Assembly (NCBI GenBank): GCA_013297925.1
Contig: JAAFJC010000009.1
Span: 997-64,996 of the forward strand
DNA: 64,000 nucleotides
Source of the DNA: Comamonadaceae bacterium
Lineage (GTDB): Bacteria; Pseudomonadota; Gammaproteobacteria; Burkholderiales; Burkholderiaceae_C
Direction of reading: 5' to 3'
Part shown: positions 18,760 to 30,234 of the stretch, piece after piece
How the letters are laid out: each line of letters opens with the position of its first letter
Position numbering within the stretch: the stretch's first letter is position 1
The notes under the pieces: generated by a model
What the model saw: only the letters and a program-made list of their open reading frames with translations
Databases searched by the model: none
Told to the model about the DNA's origin: nothing
Made by a program: the position numbers and the translations under genes

Positions 18760-21627
18760 CTAAACCAAGAGGGCAGAGGCATCCTGAGAAGTCAGGCGCT
18801 TAACGTGCTCAATCAAGGCCGCATCGGTATAGGGCTTGGTGAGATACAAATCCACACCCGCTTCCTCGGCCATATCACGGTGTTTGTCGCTCGCACGCGA
18901 TGTGATCATCACAATAGGGGTGCCCATGAATTGCGGTAACTCGCGCAAACGCTTGGTGAGCTCCAAACCATTCAGGTTGGGCATTTCCAAATCTGTCAGC
19001 ACAATAGCAGGCACTTTGGTGCGCACAGCCTCCAAAGCTAAGAAGCCATCTGAGGCAGAGAAGACTTCATAGCCCGCGTCTTCCAGCAGCTGCTCCATCG
19101 AGCGGCGCACCGAGAGCGCATCATCCACCACCAAGATACGCGTGCGCTGAACAGCCATCCGACGACGCAAGGCCAGCGAAGAGCCAGAGAACCTCGTGGA
19201 TTGGGCAGCTCGCTCCAGCGCAGCAATATCAAGCAAAAACATCGGGCGGCCATCGTTGCGCAGCGCGCCGCCCACAACGCCTGCAATACGCCGAGTCAAT
19301 CGCCCTACATCTTGCAAAATCAGCTCGCGCGCATCGACCACAGCATCGGCTACGACGGCGACAGTCTGCGTTGCGCCTCGACACAGCACGGCTGGCTTAC
19401 CCGCAAGAGATGCGCCAGCGTCGTCAAAGCCCAGCCACTCGCCCAGCGCATAAACGGGATAGTCTTGCTCCAAGTGACGCAAAACAGGCGTCGCCCCTTC
19501 GATGATCTTGACCTCATCGGCAGCCAGCGCCTGCACCACTTGATCGGATGGCAAGGCCACTTCTTCTTGCGCACATTGCACGATCAGCGCTTGCACTGCT
19601 CCGCTAGAAACAGGCACACGAACAATAAAGCGTGATCCCGCATACGGCTGACTGGTGATATCTAGTCGCCCCTTCAGGCCCGCCACGCGATCGTTCACGA
19701 TATCCATGCCCACGCCGCGGCCAGAGACTTCGGTCACTTCGCCTTTGGTGGAAAAACCTGGGCGCAAAATCAGGCGGCGCATCTCGTCTTCAGAGAGCTT
19801 TGCACCACGCTCAATCAAGCCATATTCCACCGCTTTATCGTAGATCGTGGGCAAATCAAGGCCTCGGCCATCATCGGCGCAGACCAGCTCCACATCTTGG
19901 CCCACGCGACGAAAACTCAGCGTGATCGTGCCCATCTCGCTCTTGCCCAGCATGCTGCGCTCATCGGGCGATTCCAAGCCGTGATCTACCGCGTTGCGCA
20001 GCAAATGCAGCAGCGGCTCGGTCAGCCGTGTGAGCACATCGGCATCCAGCGTGGTGGCATCGCCTTCAACGATGAGCTGCGCTTGTTTGCCAGTGGACGC
20101 TGCCGTTTGCGCCACATTGCGTTTTAAGCGCGGCAAGATGCTCTTCACGGGCACGAGGCGAGCGCCCAGCAAATCACGGTGCTGCTGGCGCTGCAGCTGA
20201 TCTTCATCGCGCAGAATTTGCTGCGCTAGAGCCACTTGATTGCGCGCGTCTCGCGCCAGCTCTAACTCATCTTGCACAGCCTCAGTCACGAAGCGCGAGA
20301 GGGAATAAAGCGCGTCGTAGCGATCCATCTCCAGTGGATCAATGCTCTCGCCCAATTCTTTTTGGCCGCGCAGCTGCACGACTTGTTTATCCACCGTTTG
20401 CTCCAGCTCACGCAAGCGGCGAGTCAGCTCGGCATGGCTCACTTCAATCGCAGCGAGCCGATCATTGGCAGTGCGCACCAGTTGACCCACGCGCTGCGAG
20501 GCAACGATGGATTGCGTGGCGCGGCGTAGCACACGGCTCAAGCGATTCACGCCCACGCGCAGCATCTGCTCCTCGGTAGGTTGTATTTCTGTTTGAGGGC
20601 CAGTTTGCGCTGCTGCCGGCATATTTTCTGTGCTAGCAGCTATGTTATTCATAGCATCTTGCGCTACACCCATGGCAGACAAGGGCTCGGGCGATTGTGT
20701 CGCTGCTGTCTCTTGACGAATCCAATTGACCCAATCAATCAAGCGCTGCAAACATTCTTGCGCGCCAGCGGGCGGCGCTTCTTCGCCTTGCAAATGTGCC
20801 ACCATATGCTGCAAGATCTCTACCGCATGGCGCATATCGCGCACAGCGGCAGCGTTACTCGGCTCGCCAGCTTGGGTTTGCTCCAGCGTCCACTCCATCA
20901 CGTCTTCTAGCCGATGCGAGATGCGGCCAATGCCGGGCAAGCCAATGATGTTGCCCGAGCCTTTGAAGGTGTGAGCGATGCGCTGCGCTTCTGTCAAGCG
21001 CGCAGCATCCGCGCGGCCAGCGGCCAGCTCATCCAAATAGCCCATCAAGCGCTCAAGCTGCTCGGGCGCATCTTGCAGCATGGCTGAGAGTAAACCGCCA
21101 TCCACATCATCAGTTTGCAAACTCACATCTTCAAGCGTGGCATCTTCCACCACAGCTTCAGCCGCAGCTGCCTCTTCACTGCTGAGCGCAGGCGGCACGA
21201 GCAGCTGCTCATGCAAAAGCGCCAGCGCAGCGTCATCTGTGGCCTGCGGGCAGGCTTTGAGGTAATCGATGATGGCTTGCGCAGTATGCTTCTTCGCAGG
21301 AGACTCTAGGTAAGCCAGCGCAGGCGCCGTCCAACTCGCCAACCATTGCAGGCTGGCGCTATCTGGCGCCATCATTTGCAATTGAGCGAATTGCGAGACC
21401 TGAGACAAATAGTTGCCCCAACCGTGCAAACTCACCAAAGCACTGGCCTGCATAGAACGCTCGATGTAGCCCACCACGGGCTCTAGCAGCTGAGCGGCCT
21501 CCTCAGGCTGGGCAGCTGCATCCAGTGCCGCCTGCATGGCCATGGGCACGTCGAGTGCGAACTCTTCGTGCAACAGGCTCAGCAGATCGTTGATGTTCAT
21601 CTTGGCTTTGGCAGTGTGATGGATCAA
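18760..21627 (-). CDS. CheA-type hybrid histidine kinase (Hpt-HATPase-CheW-REC), ChpA/PilL-like
   Basis: Hpt motif HTFKGSGN; N box [12 protein letters not shown]; DDGRGLD; GRGVGMD; a CheW-like region; and a C-terminal receiver [23 protein letters not shown]. Confidence 0.88.
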   Translation of the reverse strand: MIHHTAKAKMNINDLLSLLHEEFALDVPMAMQAALDAAAQPEEAAQLLEPVVGYIERSMQASALVSLHGWGNYLSQVSQFAQLQMMAPDSASLQWLASWTAPALAYLESPAKKHTAQAIIDYLKACPQATDDAALALLHEQLLVPPALSSEEAAAAEAVVEDATLEDVSLQTDDVDGGLLSAMLQDAPEQLERLMGYLDELAAGRADAARLTEAQRIAHTFKGSGNIIGLPGIGRISHRLEDVMEWTLEQTQAGEPSNAAAVRDMRHAVEILQHMVAHLQGEEAPPAGAQECLQRLIDWVNWIRQETAATQSPEPLSAMGVAQDAMNNIAASTENMPAAAQTGPQTEIQPTEEQMLRVGVNRLSRVLRRATQSIVASQRVGQLVRTANDRLAAIEVSHAELTRRLRELEQTVDKQVVQLRGQKELGESIDPLEMDRYDALYSLSRFVTEAVQDELELARDARNQVALAQQILRDEDQLQRQQHRDLLGARLVPVKSILPRLKRNVAQTAASTGKQAQLIVEGDATTLDADVLTRLTEPLLHLLRNAVDHGLESPDERSMLGKSEMGTITLSFRRVGQDVELVCADDGRGLDLPTIYDKAVEYGLIERGAKLSEDEMRRLILRPGFSTKGEVTEVSGRGVGMDIVNDRVAGLKGRLDITSQPYAGSRFIVRVPVSSGAVQALIVQCAQEEVALPSDQVVQALAADEVKIIEGATPVLRHLEQDYPVYALGEWLGFDDAGASLAGKPAVLCRGATQTVAVVADAVVDARELILQDVGRLTRRIAGVVGGALRNDGRPMFLLDIAALERAAQSTRFSGSSLALRRRMAVQRTRILVVDDALSVRRSMEQLLEDAGYEVFSASDGFLALEAVRTKVPAIVLTDLEMPNLNGLELTKRLRELPQFMGTPIVMITSRASDKHRDMAEEAGVDLYLTKPYTDAALIEHVKRLTSQDASALLV

Positions 21628-24119
21628 GCCAGCTTGAACTGACCCACCGCCGCTGTGAGCTGGCGCGATGAATCAGCCAGCGATTGCGTCGACGCGGTTT
21701 GCTCGGCAATCGCAGTCGAGGTTTGCTCAGTACCTGCGTTGATGTCCAGCACAGATTGCTGCAGATTGGAAGCAAGCTGGGCTTGCTGCTCGGAGAACTG
21801 CGCAATCTGACGCACCAAATTCACCAGCTGCTGCGTGGTTTCCTGGGTTTGATTCATCTGCACACCGGCGCGTTGCGCCAGATCGGTTTGGCGCACCACA
21901 TCGCCAATCAAGCGGTTCACGGTGAACAGTGTTTCATTGGTCTCAGCTTGAATATTGCCCACCAGCTGGGAGATCGTAGCGGTAGCTTGGCGAGAGCTAT
22001 CCGACAAGCGCTGCACCTCTTCCGCCACCACCGCAAAGCCGCGCCCGGCTTCGCCAGCTGTGGCTGCTTGCATGGATGCATTCAAAGCCAGCACGTGTGT
22101 GCGCTCCGAGATCGCATTGATCAGCTGCACAGCGGTAGAAATCTCTTGTGAACGCTCGCCCAATCGCTTGAAGCGCTTTTCCATGTCAGAGATGGATTCG
22201 CGCAGCTGATCCATACCTTGTACTGTGCCCTGCACCGCGGCCAGCGCGTTCTGCGTTGCGTCAGCAGCCAAACCGGCGGCTTTGTTCGATTGCTCGGACA
22301 GCTGCGCCACCTGAGCGAGCTGAGAGGTCGTTTGACTCAAGTTGTCCGACATCGCATCAAGCGCCTCTCGTTCTGCACGCGCCGTCTCTTCCACCATCAC
22401 CGATTGCACCCGTACGGATTCAGATGTCATCGCCACTTGCTGCGCAATTTTTTGCACTTCTGCCAGCGTGCGTGCCGTCTCGTCGGAGAACTGGTTGATG
22501 GAAGACGACACCGTACCGATAATGTCTTCCGTCACCGGAGCTCGCGCTGTCAAATCTCGGTTGGAGAGCTGGAACACAGCTTGCAACAAATCAATCACCG
22601 AGTTGTTGAGCGTTTCGTTTTCTTTAGAAGCTTTCTCCAGCGCTGCAATACGGTCATCGAGCAATCCGTCAAATGCACGCCCCAGATCGCCGATCTCGTC
22701 TTGCTGCACTAACTGACTGCGCGCGTTGGTTTGGCCAGCGGCTACTTTTTGCACGGTCTCGGAGAGCGTTTGAATCGGCTTGAGCAGTTGACGCAAGAAT
22801 ACCGTTACTGCCAAGCCAGCAAACAAAATCACGCCGACGGCAATGGCCAAAGCACGAATCAGAGAGCCTCGGTTAATTTCATTGATCGATTCATCGGCTT
22901 CAGCCTCATCGATCTTGGCCACCAAGCCCCAGTTCAGACCTTGCACTTTCAAAGGGCCATAAGAGCCTGCAGATTTGATGCCTCGGTAGTCCACAAAATC
23001 AATGAAGCCCTCTTGCCCGGCCAAGGCCGGGCGCGTCGCGTCGGAATCAATGGTGACGAGACCGATGGTGGTTTCTTTCTTCAGCATACTCGCCTTCTGA
23101 TTGGCGCTGAGCTTGCTGCCCAACAAATCAGCGAAGGCTTGCTTGTTTTCTACCAAGTAGCGTGAATTGGTGCGAAGTAGTTTGTCTTGGCCAACCAAAA
23201 ACATGTCACCCGTTTTACCCAAGCCAATTTTTTCCCAGGTTTTGCCAGAACTCATCACATCAGTGAGCTTGTCGATCGGATACTGCATCGCGATCACGCC
23301 GATTTGCCGATCACCATCAAATATGGGAGCAGCAGCAAATGCCGCCTGGTCGTCGTAAGAGGCCAAATAAGGTGCGAAATCTGAGAGAAAAACGGCATCG
23401 CGGTTAGCCGCTTGCTTGACCTTGCCGTAGGCCTCGGCAAGCTTCGTGCCTGATGCAATGCCCTTGGTCAAGGATGTGCCGAAATCCAACTCCTTGAACA
23501 CAGTGTAGATCACGGTATCCGTTTCGATGTCGATCAAAAAGATGTCGTAATACTCGGAGAGTTTTTGTGCGCGTTCAAAACCAGGGTGAAATTGAGCGTG
23601 GGCTTGGCTGTAAGCGCCAGCTGCCTCACCCTTGGTTAAGCGTTCTTTCTGACCCAAGGGGTTAGGATTGCGTGCGATGTATTCGCTTTGCAAAGCCAAG
23701 CCATTGGGATCTACCGCCGCGATAAATTTACTCAAATCTGGGGCAGAGCCTGCGTTGCGCTTGACATATTCAGGGGCAAACTGCTCTTGCACATATTTTG
23801 TGACCTCTGCTGCACTAACGGCGGTATCACCGCCCCGATCTTTGGCAGCACTTGCAAAGGCAGGCTTGAGGGCGCGCATGGCTTCGACGGTAGATCGCTG
23901 TGCAGCCAAAACTTGCAAGCTTCGCACACGTGTGTTGATTTCATCCGTCAGCTGCTGACGCTTGGTGTCACGCAAAGAATTAAGTTGATTCTTTGTACGC
24001 GTCTCGAGCGCATCATCGGCGAGTGAGGATGCACCTTGCCAGAGCAGCGCGGAGGTGATCACCACGGGAATCAGCGTCAGCAGGCCTGCGCCGATGAGCA
24101 TTTTTTGCCGAATATTCAT
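21624..24119 (-). CDS. Methyl-accepting chemotaxis protein with a large periplasmic Cache-like domain and HAMP
   Basis: Signalling hairpin [34 protein letters not shown], two TM helices, 831 aa. Confidence 0.88.
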   Translation of the reverse strand: MNIRQKMLIGAGLLTLIPVVITSALLWQGASSLADDALETRTKNQLNSLRDTKRQQLTDEINTRVRSLQVLAAQRSTVEAMRALKPAFASAAKDRGGDTAVSAAEVTKYVQEQFAPEYVKRNAGSAPDLSKFIAAVDPNGLALQSEYIARNPNPLGQKERLTKGEAAGAYSQAHAQFHPGFERAQKLSEYYDIFLIDIETDTVIYTVFKELDFGTSLTKGIASGTKLAEAYGKVKQAANRDAVFLSDFAPYLASYDDQAAFAAAPIFDGDRQIGVIAMQYPIDKLTDVMSSGKTWEKIGLGKTGDMFLVGQDKLLRTNSRYLVENKQAFADLLGSKLSANQKASMLKKETTIGLVTIDSDATRPALAGQEGFIDFVDYRGIKSAGSYGPLKVQGLNWGLVAKIDEAEADESINEINRGSLIRALAIAVGVILFAGLAVTVFLRQLLKPIQTLSETVQKVAAGQTNARSQLVQQDEIGDLGRAFDGLLDDRIAALEKASKENETLNNSVIDLLQAVFQLSNRDLTARAPVTEDIIGTVSSSINQFSDETARTLAEVQKIAQQVAMTSESVRVQSVMVEETARAEREALDAMSDNLSQTTSQLAQVAQLSEQSNKAAGLAADATQNALAAVQGTVQGMDQLRESISDMEKRFKRLGERSQEISTAVQLINAISERTHVLALNASMQAATAGEAGRGFAVVAEEVQRLSDSSRQATATISQLVGNIQAETNETLFTVNRLIGDVVRQTDLAQRAGVQMNQTQETTQQLVNLVRQIAQFSEQQAQLASNLQQSVLDINAGTEQTSTAIAEQTASTQSLADSSRQLTAAVGQFKLA

Positions 24120-24171
24120 GTCGTAGGCTCCTCGTGCCTCGTGGCACAGTGTGTCTCAAAAGAGAAAGTTT

Positions 24172-24639
24172 TCATGCTCGGCTTAACTCGTCGCTTAAAG
24201 CAGCGAGCAAACGCTCCGCATCGATTTCAAGAAATTCATGACCCGCAGCATTTTTACCAACGCCAACGCACAACTCGCGCAAGCGCGCGGGCAGCACATC
24301 GGCATAAGTGAGTGTTTGCGGCTCATACCCTAGTTGCTGAGGCAAGCCCTCAAATGCAATAGCAATCGCATCGCCCGTGGTATCGGCACTGCTTTGCGTG
24401 GCAGACAACCCGCCGATCAAGAGGCGCTGATGCTGCGTCTTGGAAGCTGTGCTGTCGCCCAGATACACCCGCAAATCAATCACGGGGACGATATTGCCAT
24501 CGACGTTCGCCCCTCCGAGCAACCAAATCGGCGCTTTAGGGATAGGGCTGAGCTCGAAGGAGTCGACGATCTGGCGCGCCCAGTCAAAGGGAAATGCTAG
24601 CGCCCAGGAGCCACAGAGGATGCCTTGTGCGAGCTTCAA
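24172..24639 (-). CDS. CheW-like coupling protein (PilI-like)
   Basis: A 155-aa protein with GGANVDGNIVPVIDLRVYLG (CheW motif), lying between the MCP and the response regulator. Confidence 0.7.
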   Translation of the reverse strand: MKLAQGILCGSWALAFPFDWARQIVDSFELSPIPKAPIWLLGGANVDGNIVPVIDLRVYLGDSTASKTQHQRLLIGGLSATQSSADTTGDAIAIAFEGLPQQLGYEPQTLTYADVLPARLRELCVGVGKNAAGHEFLEIDAERLLAALSDELSRA

Positions 24640-24658
24640 AGGAGATACGTTAGAAAAA

Positions 24659-25006
24659 TCAAATCGTGCCTAAGATTTGATCGGCCGTGTAGGGCTTGGT
24701 GACGTAACCTTTGGCGCCCAGCATTTGCGCGAAAACGCGATCTGCCTTTTGGTCTTTAGAAGTGACAAACACCACCGGAATACCTTTGGTTGTAGGATCT
24801 TGCATCAGCTGGCGCGTGGCAGAAAAACCATCCAAGCCCGGCATGTTCACGTCCATCATGATCAGATCGGGCACTTCTGCCTTTGCTTTACTCACGGCTT
24901 CTGCGCCTGACGAGGCCGTCACAATCACCCAGCCAGCATCCGCGAATATGCGTTGCAAATTCTGTGAATCCACCGGCGCATCATCCACCACCAAGACTTT
25001 TTTCAT
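24659..25006 (-). CDS. Single-domain CheY-like response regulator (PilH-like)
   Basis: Contains KVLVVDDAPV, MDVNMPGLDG and TKP. Length is 115 aa. Confidence 0.88.
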   Translation of the reverse strand: MKKVLVVDDAPVDSQNLQRIFADAGWVIVTASSGAEAVSKAKAEVPDLIMMDVNMPGLDGFSATRQLMQDPTTKGIPVVFVTSKDQKADRVFAQMLGAKGYVTKPYTADQILGTI

Positions 25007-25100
25007 AACTTTTACTCCAATACAACCTATTTTGCACGATCAATATGGATGAAACTGCGCGCGCTACAAATATGTCAAATGCAACAGCACGGCTCGATAC

Positions 25101-26177
25101 TCAGCCTCCTGCCGGTTTTGCAAAACCCGAGGAACTGTTACCGCCGAAATTGGTTTGCTGGAAGCCGCGTGCCACATTGCGATCATGCTTGGCCAACACG
25201 GCAATCAAATCGCGTTCGTTCAATGGTTTGGTCAGATAAGCATCGCAACCAGCCAGCGTGCCACGAATTTTGTCGATCGTGCCGCCACGGCTGGTCAGCA
25301 TCACAACCACGGGTGGCTTACCGTCCGAATATTTTCGCTGCTTGATGGCGCGGCAGGTCTGATAGCCATCCAGGCCCTCCATCATCACATCTAGGAAAAC
25401 GAATTTGTAAGGGCGCGTATTCATCTTGCCCAAGGCCTCTTCTCCGGAGTTGACCAGATCCGCATGGAAGCCGAAGCGAGAGAGGCGATTGCGCATGAAT
25501 TTCAAAGCAATATCGCTGTCATCCACCACCAAAATATGATCTAGATCCAGAGCGCTATCGGCAGGCGTGGGGCGAGTTGCTCCAATCCCAGCCAATCCCT
25601 CCATCGCACGTGAGGATTCAAACCGAGGCAGATTGCCAGCACCGGTGCGGACAGAGCGACGCATTTTAGAGTCCACCACACCAGCGTTGCTGCCTTGACT
25701 GCGCTGTGTAGGTGCAGCATGAGCCGCCGCAGGCGCACGCGCCTCAAGTGCAGGGGATGCAGGGGCTGCAGGGGCTGCGCGGGGCGCCATCTGCTTGGCT
25801 GGCGCTGCTGCAGGCAAGGCGGCTGCAGATCGCATCGCCGTGAGATCGGCGGGCACAGTGGCTGCCATAGATGGTGCGAGCAGGCTTTCAACCGTGGCCA
25901 AGACCTTCATCAAATTCAGAGGGCGGCGCTGAAGCATCCAGCCTGTGCCACCATCTTGTGCACCAATCAACAGCACATGCGCTGCGGGTTTCTTCGCAAT
26001 GCATTGACGCAGCACCGCTGCATCATCTGCATTGACCACGGCAAGATGCGCTTGCTCAGGATCTTCCACCAAGACATAGCCCGGTGGACGACGCGCAGCC
26101 AAGCGGAAAAACGATTCGAACGTGACTTTCTCAAACGAGGAGAAACCCACTAAGACGATACGATGAGCTTGACTCAT
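25101..26177 (-). CDS. Response regulator with a C-terminal receiver, an Ala/Pro-rich linker and an unassigned N-terminal domain
   Basis: ATG at 26177 is preceded by GGAG. The receiver reads ILVVDDSDIALKF..FLDVMMEGLDG..TKP. The N-terminal ~110 aa resemble a degenerate receiver (RIVLVGFSSFE..). Confidence 0.75.
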   Translation of the reverse strand: MSQAHRIVLVGFSSFEKVTFESFFRLAARRPPGYVLVEDPEQAHLAVVNADDAAVLRQCIAKKPAAHVLLIGAQDGGTGWMLQRRPLNLMKVLATVESLLAPSMAATVPADLTAMRSAAALPAAAPAKQMAPRAAPAAPASPALEARAPAAAHAAPTQRSQGSNAGVVDSKMRRSVRTGAGNLPRFESSRAMEGLAGIGATRPTPADSALDLDHILVVDDSDIALKFMRNRLSRFGFHADLVNSGEEALGKMNTRPYKFVFLDVMMEGLDGYQTCRAIKQRKYSDGKPPVVVMLTSRGGTIDKIRGTLAGCDAYLTKPLNERDLIAVLAKHDRNVARGFQQTNFGGNSSSGFAKPAGG

Positions 26178-26416
26178 GACTGAACTCCTGTGATCTTTAA
26201 GATCCGAGATAGCGCATGCTTTAAAAGAAAAATATTCATAAAAATCATGGCTTTGAGCCAAAGAGTTAATGAATTAGTATGCCTTTATTTTATAGAAACT
26301 TCGTGACTTTGCCTAGGGTTTGTCCAAGCTAAATAGCTTTTGACAACGGGCTACTTGCCCAGCCACAATCCATGTCAACCTGCTTAACTCAAGCAAACCA
26401 ACAAGACGAAATCATC

Positions 26417-26908
26417 ATGCCAGCACCTACCACCGCCTACAACTTCGACGCCCTAGATATTCATGGAAAGAAAGTCAGTTTGAAGAAATATGTCGGTAAA
26501 CCGTTGTTAATAGTGAACACAGCCAGCAGCTGCGGCTTCACGCCGCAATATAAGGGTTTGCAAGCCTTGCACGAGGAATACGCGAGCAAGGGCCTCGTCG
26601 TCTTGGGATTCCCCTGCAATCAATTCGGCGCGCAAGAATCCGGCAACGAAGAAGAAATCGCCTCGTTTTGCGAGATGAATTTCGGCGTGAGCTTCCCGCT
26701 GATGGGGAAAATCGATGTAAACGGTGAAGATGCTGCGCCTCTCTACAAATGGCTCAGCGAAGAAGCCCCCGGGCTGCTCGGCAGCAAAGCCATTAAATGG
26801 AATTTCACCAAATTCTTGGTCGGCAAAGACGGCCAAGTGATCAAACGTTACGCCCCACAAGACACGCCTCAGAGTCTGGTGAAAGACATTGAGGCGGCTT
26901 TGGGATAA
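26417..26908 (+). CDS. Glutathione peroxidase (Cys type, BtuE-like)
   Basis: Contains NTASSCGFTPQY, GFPCNQFG and WNFTKFLV. Confidence 0.9.
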   Translation: MPAPTTAYNFDALDIHGKKVSLKKYVGKPLLIVNTASSCGFTPQYKGLQALHEEYASKGLVVLGFPCNQFGAQESGNEEEIASFCEMNFGVSFPLMGKIDVNGEDAAPLYKWLSEEAPGLLGSKAIKWNFTKFLVGKDGQVIKRYAPQDTPQSLVKDIEAALG

Positions 26909-26915
26909 ATTGATT

Positions 26916-26957
26916 GCTATTTATTTGGTAGCATTCCGCGCATATTCTATGCCGGCG
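26916..26957 (-). repeat. Family I repeat, copy E (reverse orientation), 8 nt after the peroxidase stop
   Basis: gctatttatttggtagcattccgcgcatattctatgccggcg. Confidence 0.8.
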
Positions 26958-26980
26958 AACTGGCTAAATTGCTGTAAATA

Positions 26981-28495
26981 CTAGCGCAAACTGACGCTCA
27001 GCTGCTTCCAAGCCGGCTGCTGCCAACGCTGGAATGCGCCGAGGATGCTGGGGTCACTGGCTTGGCGTTGCGTGGTGAGCGTGGGCAGATCCATCACTTC
27101 ATAGCTGCGCTTGTATTTGCCTTCGCCGCGTGCTTCGCGAGCCACGAGCATCTGCTGGCCACCAGGCACCCAGCCGGCGAGCTCTACATAGCCCACTTCT
27201 GGATGGACTGCTGCGGGCACGAGCACATCGATGCTCCACTGCCCGCCTTGCTTGCGGAAGACCCACATCTCGCGCCAGCCGTTTTGCGGCTGCACGGCTA
27301 GGGTGGCGGCAGTGGCTTCGCGGTTGAGCGAGAAAGACGCATTCCACACCACGCCGTAGGTGCAGCGCTTGGCCACGGTGGCGTGGCCGAGGATCATGCT
27401 GACGCAGGTTTCGCCCGGCGTGCTGCCGGCGGTGGTGACGATGGCTGGATGCGTGTTGTGCGTGGTGATTTCCACTGCCGCCCAGCGCGAAGCATTCACG
27501 CGCATCACCGCATCGTTGAAAGCGGCCATGTCTTCTTCTGGCAGCTCGGTTTTGTTGATAGCGCCCAGTGCATCAAGCGAGCGCTGCGCCGCTTGGGCAG
27601 CCGTGGCTTTGCCGCTGCGAGCGCGGTCATAAGCGACGCTGCTCCAGAGGCTGGCGCGGCGCATTTGCACTTTGTTGGCCACATAGGCGGGCAAGCCTTG
27701 GGTTTCGGCTTTATCGATCACGCTGGCGCGCCATTCTTGGTTTTTGCTGTGCTCAAGTGGCTTTTTCAAAGCCAACGCAGGGTCTTCGCAATCGCTGCGG
27801 GTGAGCGCCAACACTGCGCGAGCGCGTTGTTCAGCCGTGGCGGCAGGCATGGCCAGCAGGCGGGCAAACACTTCACCGTCGTAGCAGACCGTCATCTTGG
27901 CATCCATGCCGTCTTGCGCGAAGCTTTCGAAGCGGATGCCGTAGCGCTGCGCGGCATCGAGCTGGGCTGAGGCGGCTTCTTGCTGCGCTTTGCTCATACC
28001 GCTGCTTGAAGCGTGGCGCGCCAAGCGCTCGGCGGCTGTGCCGATGGCATCAAGCACTTCTGCGCCCTGCGTGCTGTTGACTTGAGACGCAGAAGCTGCT
28101 TTGAGCCAAGCCGCGCTATAGCCGAAGGCCAGGCCTTCGCTGCCGGGCGTGTCTTTCACGAAGCGCAAGACGCTGAGCAAGCCATCCGCATCTGTTGGCG
28201 CAAACGACACGCGGCGCAATTGGCTGGCGCGCACAAAGCCGCCACGCTCACGCTTGTGATCCCACACCTGCACATAGTCCACGCGCTCGCCGCGCAGCTC
28301 CACCAGCTCGCCTTGCCAGAGCTGGGCTTGTGCATTGGCGCTGTCGCGCGGGGCTGCGCGCAAGGCCACGTTGTCTTGCACGATCAGAGCGTGAGAGATG
28401 CTTGCTGACTGGGCTTGAACGGGATTGCTGACAAAGGTCAGAGCTGCTGCAGAAGCGATGGCGAGACCGGCGGTGCTGAGGGTGAGGGTTTTCAT
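26981..28495 (-). CDS. Secreted protein of unknown function (504 aa)
   Basis: Signal peptide MKTLTLSTAGLAIASAAALTFVSNPVQAQS and an SH3-like N-terminal segment. I recognise no family motif. Confidence 0.6.
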   Translation of the reverse strand: MKTLTLSTAGLAIASAAALTFVSNPVQAQSASISHALIVQDNVALRAAPRDSANAQAQLWQGELVELRGERVDYVQVWDHKRERGGFVRASQLRRVSFAPTDADGLLSVLRFVKDTPGSEGLAFGYSAAWLKAASASQVNSTQGAEVLDAIGTAAERLARHASSSGMSKAQQEAASAQLDAAQRYGIRFESFAQDGMDAKMTVCYDGEVFARLLAMPAATAEQRARAVLALTRSDCEDPALALKKPLEHSKNQEWRASVIDKAETQGLPAYVANKVQMRRASLWSSVAYDRARSGKATAAQAAQRSLDALGAINKTELPEEDMAAFNDAVMRVNASRWAAVEITTHNTHPAIVTTAGSTPGETCVSMILGHATVAKRCTYGVVWNASFSLNREATAATLAVQPQNGWREMWVFRKQGGQWSIDVLVPAAVHPEVGYVELAGWVPGGQQMLVAREARGEGKYKRSYEVMDLPTLTTQRQASDPSILGAFQRWQQPAWKQLSVSLR

Positions 28496-28533
28496 GATGT
28501 TTCTCTAAAGATGTGGGTGAAGGGGAGCTGGAT

Positions 28534-29841
28534 TTACTGGTCTTTGCTTTCTTGCTCGGCTGGCGCTTGGGCGCTTTGCTCTGGTGCGGCGGTTTTCTGT
28601 GTGCCCAGCAGTGCTGCGCCAATGAAGCTGCCGTCAGAAGGCGTTGGCGCGATGATCACTTGCACTTTGTCGGAGAGCTTGTCAGCCATCGCTTTCTGAA
28701 TCAGCAGCGGATGGCGGGTGAGCAAAGCGCCTTCGCGTGCCATTTGCTCCGCGCCTGCCATGCCCACTTTTTGCACACGGAAGGCTTCTGCTTCGGCCAA
28801 GCGCTGGCGGGCTTTGGCTTCGCCATCGGCTTCAATGCGGCGCGCTTCGGCGCTGCCTTCTGCGGTGCGGATGCGTGATTGCTTCTCGGCTTCGGCTTCC
28901 AGCTTGCGCTGCTCAATTTGGCGCTGCTTGAAAGGCAATACATGCTTCATCGCCTCTTCTTGCGCTTTGGCCGCGATGATTTGCACATTGCCCGCGGCCT
29001 GCGCCTGCGTTTCGCTGCGTACTTTCTCAGCCTGTGCCTCCAACTCGGTTTCTTTCACTTGCTTTTCTTTGAGCACCAAGGTGTAGCGCATCTTCTCGGT
29101 TGCCAGTTCCTCAGCCAGCAGTGTCTCCATGCGGCGGCTGTAATCGGCAGGCAAATCCACTTTGCCCACTTGCACGCTGCGCAAGATCAAGCCTTCTTGG
29201 GCTAATCTTGTTTTCAGCTCGGCTTCAATCGCTTGCTGAATTTCCACACGCTTGCTGGAGAAAATTTCACGCACGGTGTAGCGGGCAAAGGTTTTGTAAG
29301 CCACGCCTTGTACAGCAGGATCTACCAATTCGCTGCCCATATCCTGCTGAGTGCGTGCGGCCACATTGCTCACTTTGCTGGGATCCACCGCATAGCGCAC
29401 CATCAGATCAATACCGAGCGACAAGCCTTCGACCGACTGCACAGGCGCAGAGCCATTGGCTTTAGCCATGCTCTCTGCACGATAGCTCTGATCGCGCAAT
29501 GGCAGCACGCGCAAGCTGTGCAGGCCAGGGATCACCCACGCATTGCCCTCGCCCATTTCGCTGACTGCGCCCGTGAGCTGGTTCATGCGCAAGCCGGCTT
29601 GGCCAGCATTGATGGTTTGCACAGGAGGATGCTTGACGATGAAGTAAGCACCAGCGGCCATCGAGAGCACAACGGCTGTAGCGATCATGGTGCGGCGAGA
29701 GGGCATGAAAGAGCGGGATTCGCCCAGTGTGTAAGACTCATCGGCAAACATCGTCTCTTGCGGGTCTTGCTGTTTCTTGCCGAAACTGTTGCGAGCAGCA
29801 AGGGTCACGTTTGCGAGAATGTTTTTGAGGGAATTGATCAT
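28534..29841 (-). CDS. SPFH/Band-7 (prohibitin-like) membrane protein with a long coiled-coil
   Basis: ATG at 29841 is preceded by AGGAG. One TM helix, an SPFH core (GLSLGIDLMVRYAVDP..FARYTVREIF) and a Glu/Ala/Lys-rich coiled coil. Confidence 0.75.
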   Translation of the reverse strand: MINSLKNILANVTLAARNSFGKKQQDPQETMFADESYTLGESRSFMPSRRTMIATAVVLSMAAGAYFIVKHPPVQTINAGQAGLRMNQLTGAVSEMGEGNAWVIPGLHSLRVLPLRDQSYRAESMAKANGSAPVQSVEGLSLGIDLMVRYAVDPSKVSNVAARTQQDMGSELVDPAVQGVAYKTFARYTVREIFSSKRVEIQQAIEAELKTRLAQEGLILRSVQVGKVDLPADYSRRMETLLAEELATEKMRYTLVLKEKQVKETELEAQAEKVRSETQAQAAGNVQIIAAKAQEEAMKHVLPFKQRQIEQRKLEAEAEKQSRIRTAEGSAEARRIEADGEAKARQRLAEAEAFRVQKVGMAGAEQMAREGALLTRHPLLIQKAMADKLSDKVQVIIAPTPSDGSFIGAALLGTQKTAAPEQSAQAPAEQESKDQ

Positions 29842-30065
29842 GAGAAGCTCCTGAAAATGTGGGAATGAATCCCGGGTTGTTGATGGACTCAATTCTTCTC
29901 AAAACGCCCGGAAGCAACAATGCCAGCGCAGGGCGGAAAACTTCCCATTCGCTGCCAAAAACCTCCGAGCGCGGAAGATTTCTTCCGGGGCTTGGCTGTA
30001 GTTATTGGGGCGGCGATAAAGGGTTAAACAACCCTTTTCGTATGTTCTTTGTTTGGCTAAAACGC

Positions 30066-30191
30066 TCGCCAGAGCACCCGGGGCGGATGGCTCCATGTCC
30101 TCCGGCGGTATCAAGGTTTGGTTTGTCTTCGGTAAGCTGAATGCGCCGCCTCCCCCTTTACTTACGCCATCCGCCCCGGGTGCTCTGGCGA
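30066..30191 (-). repeat. Family II long-hairpin element, copy U1 (sense strand inferred as minus)
   Basis: A perfect 26-bp stem (30066-30091 with 30166-30191) encloses, in minus-strand sense: GUAAGUAAAGGGGGA, inner stem GGCGG/CCGCC around a 37-nt loop, then GGAGGACAUGGA. Confidence 0.7.
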
Positions 30192-30234
30192 TCTTGTCGC
30201 AAATCGAGCATGTGGGTGCGTTAGCGATGCCCAT

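Noticed and set aside
26417-26908. A possible selenocysteine glutathione peroxidase.
   Set aside because: The active-site codon is TGC (Cys, in NTASSCGFT). There is no in-frame TGA and no SECIS-like hairpin.
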